Below the pieces are notes generated by a model. It was given only the letters and a program-made list of their open reading frames with translations. It ran no database searches and had not been told where the DNA came from. Of a DNA stretch of 64,000 nucleotides, positions 18,331 through 27,836 are shown in pieces. The DNA is taken from positions 1-64,000 of IMG/VR virus record IMGVR_UViG_3300032249_001461. The stretch is one strand, 5' to 3'. How positions within the stretch are numbered: the first letter of the stretch is position 1; each line of letters opens with the position of its first letter. A program made the translations under genes and the position numbers. Source of the DNA: a virus.

Positions 18331-18669
18331 ATGTACCAAGTCAAATGCCCCGAGTGTGGCCAAGAAAGAGTCGTAAGGGCCAAAAAGAAATGGATGGACG
18401 ACGGTCTTGTCAAAATCTGTATGAGCTGCTGTCAGAAGGGAAAGAAGAAAAGTCCCGAGACGCTTGCCAAGCTATCCGAAATAGCGAAGCGCCAACAAAC
18501 CCCCGAACTGATTGAGAAGAAGAGGCAGTTCATGAAAGACCACCCAGAGTGCTGGCAAGGCAAACTGGTGCCGGGTTTGGGTGGCGGGTGGAACAAGGGC
18601 ATGCATACGGACGAGGAGACTCTGAAGAAGATTTCTGAAGGTGTCAGGAAGGCAAAGGAGAAGAAATAA
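18331..18669 (+). CDS. Zn-ribbon / NUMOD3-like DNA-binding protein
   Basis: CPEC...CMSC; KSPETLAKLSE and HTDEETLKKISE repeats. Confidence 0.65.
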   Translation: MYQVKCPECGQERVVRAKKKWMDDGLVKICMSCCQKGKKKSPETLAKLSEIAKRQQTPELIEKKRQFMKDHPECWQGKLVPGLGGGWNKGMHTDEETLKKISEGVRKAKEKK

Positions 18670-19784
18670 TGAACATAGAAGAACTTGAAAAAAAATACGA
18701 GGAATGCGGATTCAGGGATAAGATTTGCGTTCCGTGCGACATTGAGGGGTGTGGACGGCATTCTTGGACAAATAAGGATTCGGCAATACGCAACATCAGA
18801 AAGAACGGATTTTTCAGGTGTAGAATCTGCTCCTATTCGGACGAAAGCAGAAAGAAGATAGCAGAAGCCAGTTCCTACAAACGATCACCAGAAACCTGCC
18901 AGAAAATGGCAGAGGCCAAGAAAGCCTTCTACAGAACTGACGAGGGAAAGAACCTCAAGAAGAAGCTTTCCATCATGGCTGCTGAGAACCACTCCCAGAA
19001 CAAGTACGAAAAATCAAAGAGGAGAGGCGTTTTCCAGTCCAAGAAGACCGGCAGGAACCTCTCCTATGACTCCTCCTACGAACTGCGTCTGTGCTGGATG
19101 CTAGACTCAGACGAGGAAGTAGCAGATTTTGAAACCCAGATTGGCTTCCGCATAGACGGCCACGGGAGGTGTCTAGATTGCTTGGTGACCTACAAGGACG
19201 GAAGAAAGAAGGCCATAGAGGTAAAGCCCAAGCAGAGGCTTGACGAATTTGCCCACCAGATTGACGACAGTCGCCGTCACGCCACACAAAAAGGCTGGGG
19301 GTTCCAGGTGATGACGGAGGAAGACCTCGGTATGAACTGCGACCAGATTCGCACGTGGGCAGACGAATACCGCACCAAGGTAACGGGGATTGACTACAAC
19401 GCCTACAGAGACGAGACCATAAGGAGGAAGTCAAAAAAGTTCTACGACACCCACATCGCCACCGACAAGGTCTCTGTCTACTGCGAGTATTGCAAGGAGG
19501 ATCACAATCCCCTCCGGCTCACATACGACAAGAACATAGCCCGCAACGGCCGGTACATCTGCGAGCGCGAGGGGGGTCACATAGCGGGCAGCAGGCCAAA
19601 GAAGAAGAAGGTGAACCCCCATGCCGCTTCGGGATCCAAGGAATGCTTGGGGTGCAAGCAGGTGTTGCCCTTCTCGGAATACGGCCTGGACAAGTCCAGG
19701 AGTGACGGTTACGCCAGCAAGTGCAAGGAGTGCAGGAGGGTGGCTGCGAATGAGAAATATGCGGGGAAGAGGTCTGATCTCTAG
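18669..19784 (+). CDS. TnsA-like PD-(D/E)XK homing endonuclease with NUMOD3 and Zn fingers
   Basis: YDSSYELR and DCLVTYKDG..AIEVKP; several CxxC pairs. Confidence 0.75.
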   Translation: MNIEELEKKYEECGFRDKICVPCDIEGCGRHSWTNKDSAIRNIRKNGFFRCRICSYSDESRKKIAEASSYKRSPETCQKMAEAKKAFYRTDEGKNLKKKLSIMAAENHSQNKYEKSKRRGVFQSKKTGRNLSYDSSYELRLCWMLDSDEEVADFETQIGFRIDGHGRCLDCLVTYKDGRKKAIEVKPKQRLDEFAHQIDDSRRHATQKGWGFQVMTEEDLGMNCDQIRTWADEYRTKVTGIDYNAYRDETIRRKSKKFYDTHIATDKVSVYCEYCKEDHNPLRLTYDKNIARNGRYICEREGGHIAGSRPKKKKVNPHAASGSKECLGCKQVLPFSEYGLDKSRSDGYASKCKECRRVAANEKYAGKRSDL

Positions 19785-19785
19785 T

Positions 19786-21183
19786 CTACTTCAGAATCAA
19801 CTCCAAATAATTCTTAACCGCCTCTACGGCCTCGTTCGGTGCGACATCAAACCATTCTCCGTTCAAATGACGCTTGGCGAAATGTCTGTGCATTAGTCGC
19901 TCAAAGGAAGTCATGTTTTCACACTTAAATTTAGCCACCATTTTGAGTTTTCTAGGGTTTCCAGTTTGAAGCGCGGGCATTCTTTTTGAAGGCGAATTGG
20001 ATAATCCTATTTTTGTTGGGCCGCTTTCTTGATTTTCACAAATAACATATACAAAACCTTTGTTTTTACACTCGGCTCCGCCAATTTTTGTTTTTCTTAT
20101 TGATCTCGGATTGATTGAAAACCCCATAAACTTTGAATAGTTAGAAAGCAATTTATTTACTCCTCCGCTTGTCAGAGGTCCTCGTATGCCTATAAAAACT
20201 TTGTCACTTAAAGTCGGGGGTCGGACATCAAGCCAAGCGGCAAGTGCCCGAGAAGATTCAGAATTGAGTGCAACTATGTTGGCACCTTTTTTGTTGCAAA
20301 AGACAATCTTGATCAGGCCGCTGGAGACATCCAAGTCTGACAATTTCAATTCTACTAATTCGCTTGAGAGGCATCCTGTGTCAATAAGCACATGGAAAAT
20401 CGCACTGCTCCTCGTGTCTCCACGAGCCTTTGCCTCAAGAAGCAATTTGTTTATTTCTTCTTTGTCAAGTAATTTTGGCTTGATCTTTGTCCTTCCCCTC
20501 ATCTCCTTCACGAACTTTGCAGGATTAGAATTCAATTCACCTTTCTCCACAAGCCAATTAAAAAACTTACGAACTAAAACCACATTTCTGTTGACTGTAG
20601 AGTATGACAACCCAGATTGTCCGATTGAAAAAACTTGAAAATCTACAAAATCTTGTGTGACAATGTCTTTTGAGGAAAATGATTTATATTTGTGTTTATT
20701 TATCCAAATCATAAATCTGCGTAGGTCTTTGTGAATTGCCCTAGTTGTACTATCTTTGATGTTTTGTTCTTCGATAAACTGGGCGAATAGTATTTTTTCT
20801 TGATCGCCACAATTTACTCCTTTAAATGTTTTTGTGACCATTTCAGATTTGCTGATTTTCTTTCTTTCTGCGGGCAAACGAGGTTGTAAATTGAGGGGTG
20901 GAAGTTTGGGTTTGCCGGATATTTTGACATTCTTTTTTTTGTGTCTGCCTGCCCTGAAGAATATGATCTGACCGTTGATTCCGACATTGTTGTGGTGAAC
21001 ATATAGAATAATTTTCTGTTGTTCTCGGGTGAAGTAAGGCCTTCCTTTCTCGTCTCTATTTGGCAAAGGAAAAATGGTTCCAACAAGCTCGTTGAATCTC
21101 GTTCGGCTCATGCCGATCATCTTGGCCGCCCCGGATATTGATACGAAATCTCGCAATTCGTCCATGTTCATGAATTCTTTCAA
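19786..21183 (-). CDS. HTH + degenerate tyrosine-recombinase + GIY-YIG (T5orf172-like) fusion
   Basis: STVNR..VRKFFNWL...NP (integrase SAM-like domain), TGCLSSEL, PRSIRK, then GFVYVI..KIGLS...LQTGNP...GEWF. Confidence 0.75.
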   Translation of the reverse strand: MKEFMNMDELRDFVSISGAAKMIGMSRTRFNELVGTIFPLPNRDEKGRPYFTREQQKIILYVHHNNVGINGQIIFFRAGRHKKKNVKISGKPKLPPLNLQPRLPAERKKISKSEMVTKTFKGVNCGDQEKILFAQFIEEQNIKDSTTRAIHKDLRRFMIWINKHKYKSFSSKDIVTQDFVDFQVFSIGQSGLSYSTVNRNVVLVRKFFNWLVEKGELNSNPAKFVKEMRGRTKIKPKLLDKEEINKLLLEAKARGDTRSSAIFHVLIDTGCLSSELVELKLSDLDVSSGLIKIVFCNKKGANIVALNSESSRALAAWLDVRPPTLSDKVFIGIRGPLTSGGVNKLLSNYSKFMGFSINPRSIRKTKIGGAECKNKGFVYVICENQESGPTKIGLSNSPSKRMPALQTGNPRKLKMVAKFKCENMTSFERLMHRHFAKRHLNGEWFDVAPNEAVEAVKNYLELILK

Positions 21184-21273
21184 CTATAATATCCTATCCT
21201 ATATGATTCCTTGTCATTCAGCAAGAGCTGTCGGCCAACGAAAAATACGCTCTGAAAATCGCTATATAGGCGT

Positions 21274-21729
21274 ATGAAGACTTTCAATGAATGGCTGAAG
21301 GGCAGAGTTATATCGGAAAACGATCCCGACTACCGGGAGCCGAGCTTCTCCAAGATATTGGGCGAGGACGGCGACGAGCCGTTCACGGTAGAGGTGGATG
21401 TTGCCGAGGGTCACTGGACGGTTTCTGGTCCGCTGTGGGCGGTTGGATATGTGATGAACGGGTCGGAGCCCAAGGCGGGCGGCCCGGTGCAGGAAGAAAA
21501 GGGCGTTGTAATGTTCAAGACGCCCGGCAGGAGGCTTGAAAATCTTCCTCCCGCCCTCAAGATGGCGGCTACAACCTGGATAGACAAGGAGGTTGAGTGG
21601 TCCATACAGAACTACGAGGAAGAAGACCCGAGGGACTACGACGACCGAGACGACTACAATCCCGATCCTGATGGTCATGGTTATTGGGACAACTACTGGA
21701 ATCACGGACCCGGACGCGACCCGGATTGA
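21274..21729 (+). CDS. Leader-bearing acidic hypothetical protein
   Basis: MKTFNEWL...ISE; TATATA 5 nt upstream. Confidence 0.75.
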   Translation: MKTFNEWLKGRVISENDPDYREPSFSKILGEDGDEPFTVEVDVAEGHWTVSGPLWAVGYVMNGSEPKAGGPVQEEKGVVMFKTPGRRLENLPPALKMAATTWIDKEVEWSIQNYEEEDPRDYDDRDDYNPDPDGHGYWDNYWNHGPGRDPD

Positions 21730-21839
21730 TTTGGTGGGAATGTCTGGAATAATTTAATTCAGTTGTGCCGACACAAAGATGTTTCGCTCCATATATAATG
21801 TTGGGCAGGAAGCCTGCGTTTTTACAAAAGGAGTTTTAA

Positions 21840-22268
21840 ATGAGTGCAACAACAAGTGAAGGAACCGGAAACGGTTCGGCGGCGGACATCAAGTCCAAGA
21901 TCTACAACGGAACGGTAAAGTCGGAGAACATTGACCCGAGTACGGTCATCACCTCGGACGTGGCCGACGGTGCTGTTACGACTGCCAAGATCGCTGACGG
22001 TGCTGTTACTACTGCAAAGATTGCGTCTGGTGCTGTCACGGTCGCCAAGATGGGCGTCTTCAAGTCGAGCGAGCAGACCGGAACGGGTTCGGAGCAGTCC
22101 ATTTCTCACGGGCTTGGTGTCACCCCCGGCCTCGTCATCGTCTATCCCACCGACACTTCGGTCGCCACCGCCGGAGTCTATGTGGTCGCCGAGGGAACCC
22201 ACACGACGAGTGTCGTTAAGGTCACCGTGACCACTGGAAAGAAGTACAGAGTCGTGGCCTTTGTCTGA
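21840..22268 (+). CDS. Virion decoration or head-fibre-like protein
   Basis: ADGAVTTAKI repeats; AAGGAG SD; N-terminus shared with the gene starting at 63029. Confidence 0.75.
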   Translation: MSATTSEGTGNGSAADIKSKIYNGTVKSENIDPSTVITSDVADGAVTTAKIADGAVTTAKIASGAVTVAKMGVFKSSEQTGTGSEQSISHGLGVTPGLVIVYPTDTSVATAGVYVVAEGTHTTSVVKVTVTTGKKYRVVAFV

Positions 22269-22289
22269 TAGAAGGCACGCATGATTCCA

Positions 22290-22322
22290 GCACAGGGCGG
22301 GTTTCCCCGCCCTGTGCCTTTT
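22290..22322 (+). terminator. Rho-independent terminator
   Basis: gcacagggcggg-tttc-cccgccctgtgc followed by ctttt. Confidence 0.75.
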
Positions 22323-22427
22323 ATACGCCTCCCGCCAGAAAACCCAGTACTCTTTAGGGGCCGGTATGAATGGCGGTAAAATTATATACACACACTATAT
22401 ATGGTGTCGTTCAAGAAAGGTGAAAAT

Positions 22428-22694
22428 ATGAAAAGTTTTAATGAGTGGAGAAAGTTACATGAGTCGCTTGACCCAATATCGTTTCTTCAAGATAACGAGC
22501 ATGAGTGGGTTACAGTAGGAATAGATTCAGAAGGTCACAAAATACACATATTCCCCAATTCCTTGCCAGGGGAACTTCCTCGCAGGCTTGATGGAGAAAA
22601 TTGGTCAGAAAAACACTTTGATGGTGGCGTTCAAGAAATGACCGGAAAAGAACTTTTGACCCTAAAAGACAGAGTTGAATTTGTGATGCACTAA
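22428..22694 (+). CDS. Leader-bearing hypothetical protein inside the IS boundaries
   Basis: MKSFNEWRKLHE; AAGGTG SD; TATATA upstream. Confidence 0.7.
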   Translation: MKSFNEWRKLHESLDPISFLQDNEHEWVTVGIDSEGHKIHIFPNSLPGELPRRLDGENWSEKHFDGGVQEMTGKELLTLKDRVEFVMH

Positions 22695-22697
22695 AAT

Positions 22698-23099
22698 TCA
22701 CCCTTGATTCTTAATATATTCTTGGATTGTTTTGGTGGAAGCGTCACCTGTTGAGCATACGAAATAGCCATCACTCCAGAATGTCTTCTCTTTTCAGAAG
22801 TGCTTCTTCAAATACACTTCATAGTTTTTCCAAGCATAGAAAGTTGTCTGCTGTTTCAATAGCATGACTAGTTTGGATGGTGCCAATGTGGGTGGAATGT
22901 CTACAAGCAAATGCAGATGATCTTTGTCTGATTCCATCTCGTCAATCTTCACATTGTTCTTGTTACAAACATCGTAGCACCACTGCTTGATATCATCGCT
23001 CAAGTCATTTACGAGCAGTCTTTTTCTGTACTTCACCACAAATATGATGTGCAGTTTGATAAGGAATTTGTGCCTATTTTTAGAGTGGTATTCAACCAT
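22698..23099 (-). pseudogene. tnpA: IS200/IS605 Y1 transposase with an in-frame TGA
   Basis: HIIFVVKYR and DHLHLL (HUH); after TGA at 22794-22796 the frame continues KEKTFWSDGYFVCS...QEYIKNQG. Confidence 0.9.
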
Positions 23100-23156
23100 A
23101 CATTTATGTAGTAAAATTTTTTTGAGAATTTTACATAAATCTTACTATATAAGGAT

Positions 23157-24284
23157 ATGAAGGCTACCCGGAACATCAAGTATAGGATATATGCCAAAAA
23201 TGGCAAGTTGAAAAAACTGCAACAGACGCTTGATGTATGCCGTAGCACCTATAACAAGGTGTTGGAAACACGAAAAAACAGTTGGGAAAAAGACAAGAAA
23301 AGCCTAGGAGTTTACGACTGCCATAATCTCATTAAAACTTGGAAGATAGAGGGTGTTCACTCGCAGGTTTTACAAAATGTTTCAGCCAGAGTTGATCTAG
23401 CATTCCAAGGATTCTTCCGAAGACTAAAAGAAAGCAAAGACAAGGCTGGATATCCAAGATTCAAAAGTTACGACAGATACAACTCTTTTTGTTTTCCTCA
23501 GTCTGGATTCAAACTTACTGGCAATAAACTTTACCTTTCAAAGATTGGCGAAGTAAAAGTAATCAAACATAGAGAACTAATTGGCAAAGTAAAGACTTGC
23601 ACCATCAAGCGAGAGGCGAACGATTGGTATGTGATTTTTTCCTGCGATATGGAAGTAATACCGCAGGAAAGGATTGAGACAAGGGCGGTTGGGATTGATG
23701 TGGGTTGTATAGATTTTGCAACAATGAGTGATGGCTCAACAATAAAAAACCCACACTACTTGAGGCAGTCAGAAGACGAACTCAAAAAGATTCAATCAAA
23801 ATACAGCAAATTAAAGAATCTTCCCAGAGAAGACAAGAAGAAGATTAAAACTAAAAAGCAACTTGTGAACCTTCACCTAAAGGTCAAAAATCAAAGAAAA
23901 GACTTCTTGCACAAGACAAGCAGAAGTCTGGTAAACAAATATTCAGTCATCTGCGTTGAGAAGTTAAGCGTAAAAAACATGCTCAAGGATAACTGGAGAA
24001 AACTGAACAAAAGCATACTTGATAGTGGCTGGACTAGTTTTCGCAATATGCTACATTACAAAGCGGAAGAGGCTGGTTGTGTAGTAGCGGAAGTGAAGCC
24101 AGAATACACAAGTCAGATATGCAGCGGTTGCGGAATTAAGGTTAAAAAAGAACTGGGCGAGCGAAATCACGACTGTTTTGCCTGTGGATTACAGTTAAGC
24201 CGTGACCTTAATGCTGCAAAAAACATATTAAGAGTTGGAATGAACTCTTTAGACAGCAATGTCTTAGAAGCCCACTCCCTTTAG
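23157..24284 (+). CDS. tnpB: TnpB RNA-guided nuclease
   Basis: GYPRFK, GIDVG, VEKL, TSQICSGCG and RDLNAA; RuvC D-E-D intact. Confidence 0.95.
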   Translation: MKATRNIKYRIYAKNGKLKKLQQTLDVCRSTYNKVLETRKNSWEKDKKSLGVYDCHNLIKTWKIEGVHSQVLQNVSARVDLAFQGFFRRLKESKDKAGYPRFKSYDRYNSFCFPQSGFKLTGNKLYLSKIGEVKVIKHRELIGKVKTCTIKREANDWYVIFSCDMEVIPQERIETRAVGIDVGCIDFATMSDGSTIKNPHYLRQSEDELKKIQSKYSKLKNLPREDKKKIKTKKQLVNLHLKVKNQRKDFLHKTSRSLVNKYSVICVEKLSVKNMLKDNWRKLNKSILDSGWTSFRNMLHYKAEEAGCVVAEVKPEYTSQICSGCGIKVKKELGERNHDCFACGLQLSRDLNAAKNILRVGMNSLDSNVLEAHSL

Positions 24285-24679
24285 GGGGTGGGAGCATTCA
24301 CTACTATTCCTCTGTTTGTGACGGGCCGGGGCTTTGTTCTTTTTGGATTCATGATTGGGTATCCCCATTTCCCGTTTGGCCCTATGTAGAAGGGGGATTC
24401 TGGGCCGACTCGGTGTCTCTTCCAGTCCCGGTCGAACTCCCTTTGGTTCCGGTAGAATATTGGTTCGCCTATTGTGGCGTATCCGACCAGGGTTGCGGGC
24501 CCCTTTCCCGTTCTGACTATGCCCACGCGCTTTCCTATGGTGCTGTTTAGGCTTCTTGAGTCGCGGGTCTCCATGGTCTTGATTCCGTCCAGGATGAGGT
24601 CGGTGAACGGCTGTGATCTGTCGCTGATGTTGATGCCCTTTTGGGGTTCGTTGTTTTCCAGCCAGGTTCTGAAGTCCAT
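24281..24679 (-). CDS. ASCH-domain protein with leader; last codons derive from the IS right end
   Basis: QPFTDLILDGIKTMETR (ASCH GxKxxExR); MDFRTWLE; TAAATA 4 nt upstream. Confidence 0.8.
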   Translation of the reverse strand: MDFRTWLENNEPQKGINISDRSQPFTDLILDGIKTMETRDSRSLNSTIGKRVGIVRTGKGPATLVGYATIGEPIFYRNQREFDRDWKRHRVGPESPFYIGPNGKWGYPIMNPKRTKPRPVTNRGIVVNAPTP

Positions 24680-24726
24680 GTCCTATTTATGAAGTTTGTG
24701 CGCTAAATAGGCTTCGGAGGACAAAC

Positions 24727-25065
24727 ATGAAAACTTTCTTTGAGATGCTCAGATTGCTAGAGGACGAGGGGCTTGCGGACAAGGTTCCCCAGGACGCCGC
24801 GGAACAGCCGGAGGGGCCGGTTGAACAGCCGCAGGAGCCCGCTTCGGGGAGAGAAGAGCGCAAGCACTACATGTTCTTCTCTAATCTCAAGGCCATCAAG
24901 GGCATGGCGGAGGAGATGCTGGCTATGGATGCCGCGAAGATAGACGAGATGCTCGCGGACGGTCATGACTGGGCGGCCGACCACGTCGCGACGAGCAAGG
25001 ACGATGTCGAGGAGGTCTACAACTGGCTTTCGGGCGAGATGAGTGATTCTGGGAATCCCTCTTGA
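24727..25065 (+). CDS. Leader-bearing hypothetical protein
   Basis: MKTFFEMLRLLE; TAAATA box and GGAGG SD. Confidence 0.75.
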   Translation: MKTFFEMLRLLEDEGLADKVPQDAAEQPEGPVEQPQEPASGREERKHYMFFSNLKAIKGMAEEMLAMDAAKIDEMLADGHDWAADHVATSKDDVEEVYNWLSGEMSDSGNPS

Positions 25066-25134
25066 TCTAGGCGTTGGGGACTAATTTGTCCAATATCCGC
25101 TCGTGATATCTGACGTCAAAACCGGGGCCCGTTT

Positions 25135-26238
25135 TCATTTCATGTTCTTTATTATGGTCTCGGCTATTGCTCTGGCAAGGAGGGGTGGCACTGCGTTGCC
25201 TATCTGGTTGTACTGGGACAGGTGCTTCTCCCAAGACATGAGGGTTCTCTTGCCTTTGAACATGTAGTCGTCCGGGAACGACTGCAACCTGGCTCCCTCG
25301 CGTGCGGTGAAGTTCCTGTCCTGTGTCGGGTGTACGAAGTTGCTCTGAAAAGACGCTGGGATTGTCGGGCAGGGCTGGTCGCCGAAGACCCTGAAGTTGT
25401 TCTGCGAGAAGACCTTTCCCGACTTGACCTTTGAGTCGCCTCTTTTGACGGCGGAGTGTTCTTCTGCCACGTCCGCCACCGATTGGCCCGGCTTGATCTG
25501 CTTGAATCTCTCCACAAGCCTTTCGGTGTGTCGCATGCACACGTGGTTGTACAGTTCAATCGACGAACCGCGCATGGCCTTCTGATATTCGGTGGCTGGC
25601 TGGAGCGTGTACTGGCTCTTTTCCTCGCCCCTGTTTTTCCTGTCAAGTGGGGGAAGGTCGGAGATGGCATCTAGCACGGATACGGGTTCGGAGTTCTTTT
25701 CCGGGTACATGCTTTCCGGATTGATACCCAAGTCTTTTCTTGTGCCGATGAAGAATATCCTTCTTCTCTTCTGCGGCACGCCGTAGTCGGATGCGTCCAG
25801 GGTTTCCAGGGCGACCTTGTAGCCGAGGTCGGAGAAGACCTCCATGATGATGTCCTTGACTGATTCGTTGTTCGCATTTTTTGATGAGAGCAGGCCCGGC
25901 ACGTTTTCCATGACGAAGAACTTGGGGCCGGACAGTTCCACGGATTTGGCGAAATGCATGAAGAGCGAGTTTCTCGGGTCGCTCGGATCGCGGTTGCCGG
26001 AAAGGGAGAATCCCTGGCACGGCGGGCCTCCCACCATGCCGTCTATCGACGAGGGAAGAATTGACTGCAGGTCTTGGTCTTCTATTGATCCCGTGACTAC
26101 TCTGGCACTGTGGTTTGCCGCGTAGGTTTCGGCCGCCCATGCATCTTTTTCAAAGGCTATCGTTGTATTGAATCCCGCGTCGGCGAAACCTTTGCTCAAT
26201 CCCCCGCATCCCGCAAAAAGGTCAACTATTTCTAGCAT
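25135..26238 (-). CDS. dcm: DNA cytosine-5 methyltransferase
   Basis: DLFAGCGG, GGPPCQGFS, ENV, QKRRR, REGARLQSF and QIGNAVPP. Confidence 0.95.
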   Translation of the reverse strand: MLEIVDLFAGCGGLSKGFADAGFNTTIAFEKDAWAAETYAANHSARVVTGSIEDQDLQSILPSSIDGMVGGPPCQGFSLSGNRDPSDPRNSLFMHFAKSVELSGPKFFVMENVPGLLSSKNANNESVKDIIMEVFSDLGYKVALETLDASDYGVPQKRRRIFFIGTRKDLGINPESMYPEKNSEPVSVLDAISDLPPLDRKNRGEEKSQYTLQPATEYQKAMRGSSIELYNHVCMRHTERLVERFKQIKPGQSVADVAEEHSAVKRGDSKVKSGKVFSQNNFRVFGDQPCPTIPASFQSNFVHPTQDRNFTAREGARLQSFPDDYMFKGKRTLMSWEKHLSQYNQIGNAVPPLLARAIAETIIKNMK

Positions 26239-27038
26239 GCTTTGTTAGGTTTTCCTTGAAATAAGACAATATTTGAATCAGCCTCGGCTCCTCCGCCAGC
26301 TTTTCCTTGGCGGAGAACTCCTTGTCCGAATCTCTTTTATTGTTTAAGAGAGTCAGAACATTGAAATCAAAATTGGAATTTGGATTGACTGTCCTTTTGT
26401 TGAAAACAAGGTCTTTGAACCCTTGAGAAAAGGCCGATTGGTCGGCGGAAAAGGAGGCGGACGGATATTTCTGTACTTCTCCGCCGAGCGAGTTTTCAAC
26501 CTGATATATGAAGAAGGCCACGGTTCTGCTCAACATGTGGATTGATTCAAATTCCGAAAAAGTCCTCTTGAACATGGTTATGTCGCAGTAGGCCTTGCTT
26601 TCTCCGACCATGACTAGTTCGTCGTCTATGTATACAAAGACGTCTGGCCCTATGCCCTGATTGGCCTTTTCGGCGAATATTTTCGGGCTTCGGATTATTC
26701 TGCCGAAGTCTGTTCTGTAGGCGTAGGATATCTTTTTACGCTCTATTCTGAGACGGGCGGAATCCTGGCCGAGCATTTCGCACCAGGCGTACTTTATCAA
26801 ATCCGTGCAGTTACCCTCCAAAAGAGAGCCTTTTTTGCCCCTCATCTGTCCGCCGGAGTAGGCCGCGAGCTTTCTTATTCCCTCGTTTATATTATTGCAA
26901 AGTTCAATCACGGGTCTGGCCTTATTTTTCCAAGCCAGATTTATAATGAAATCTATTGAAAAACGCAATGGCAATTTGAGGGCTTGACTAAATTTTTTTC
27001 AGCCTTGGCTTGCGTTGGCGTTCAAAATTCGCATCCAT
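26222..27038 (-). CDS. Probable type II restriction endonuclease, apparently frameshifted near its 5' end
   Basis: PD...ESK motif; overlaps the MTase start; ATG at 27038 is one base out of frame across an A7 run (alternative TTG start at 26974). Confidence 0.55.
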
Positions 27039-27150
27039 AATGCTATGTACATTTTTATGCATGTGCCTCACGATATTTTGTTGGCTTTTTACGGAGTCTT
27101 GTTCTTTGAACTGTCCATGCCGGTGTTTGTCTGGTCGTGGGACAGGTATC

Positions 27151-27828
27151 TCAGAAGGAATTGACCCTTATGGTGCCGTTTTCTATTGAAATATAGGAGC
27201 AAGGAGTCTCGGTCCAGCATCCTCCGTTGTAGTACCAGACCTCTCCGGATGCGTCCTCGGCCGCCAGGTGCGTGTGGCCGCAGCAGACGGCGTCCATGCC
27301 TCTTTTTCTGGCGTGGCTTTTCGCTCTTTCCTTTATCTGTTCGGAACATCTGAGGAAGGTCTTGCTGCTCCTCTTTGCCAGTTTGGCGAGGTAGAAGCTT
27401 TTGTCGATCATCTGGATCATTCTGTATATTCTGTCGGCCATTTTTGTGAGGATCGGATATTCGGCTATGAAGTTGTCGAAGCCGTCTCCGTGCATGACAA
27501 GGACTTTCTTGTCTCCGCTGACCAGGCTGTATTCCTCGACGAAGTCCACGCCTATGAGGTGGGATATGATCTCCGCGGGGCCGTCGTGGTTGCCGTTGAT
27601 CCAGACTATGTGGGTTGTCTTGGAGAGGCTCCTCATCCTCGACAGGACTTTCCAGTGCGATCCCTTGAGTTTTCTGAAGTCCCAGCTGTCGAACAGATCG
27701 CCGTTTACGATCAGTTCCTTAGTCCTTATGCTTCCGCGTTCTATTAGATCGAGGAAGTCCGCCATTTTCTTTGACTGGCAGACTTCGCTTCCGAGGTGTA
27801 TGTCACTGACTATTACGGCGTCGTACAT
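27151..27828 (-). CDS. Metallophosphoesterase (LpxH-like)
   Basis: SDIHLG, NGDLFD, GNHD, HGD and GHTH. Confidence 0.9.
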   Translation of the reverse strand: MYDAVIVSDIHLGSEVCQSKKMADFLDLIERGSIRTKELIVNGDLFDSWDFRKLKGSHWKVLSRMRSLSKTTHIVWINGNHDGPAEIISHLIGVDFVEEYSLVSGDKKVLVMHGDGFDNFIAEYPILTKMADRIYRMIQMIDKSFYLAKLAKRSSKTFLRCSEQIKERAKSHARKRGMDAVCCGHTHLAAEDASGEVWYYNGGCWTETPCSYISIENGTIRVNSF

Positions 27829-27836
27829 GCCCCTAT

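Larger units (their letters stand above)
22325..24301 (+). mobile_element. IS605-type element (divergent tnpA/tnpB) with an internal extra gene
   Basis: Left-end hairpin 22332-22376 after TTTAT; right end aagcccactccctttagggggtggg...TCAC. Confidence 0.75.

Noticed and set aside
19786-21183. Functional integrase implying a temperate lifestyle
   Set aside because: The catalytic Arg and His are substituted and the Tyr-bearing C-terminus is missing; no att site was seen
22794-22796. In-frame TGA as evidence of genome-wide stop-codon recoding
   Set aside because: Many well-supported genes end in TGA, TAG or TAA with ATGA coupling; this is an isolated case
23157-24284. TnpB as a Cas12f effector
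   Set aside because: No CRISPR array; IS ends and tnpA are present
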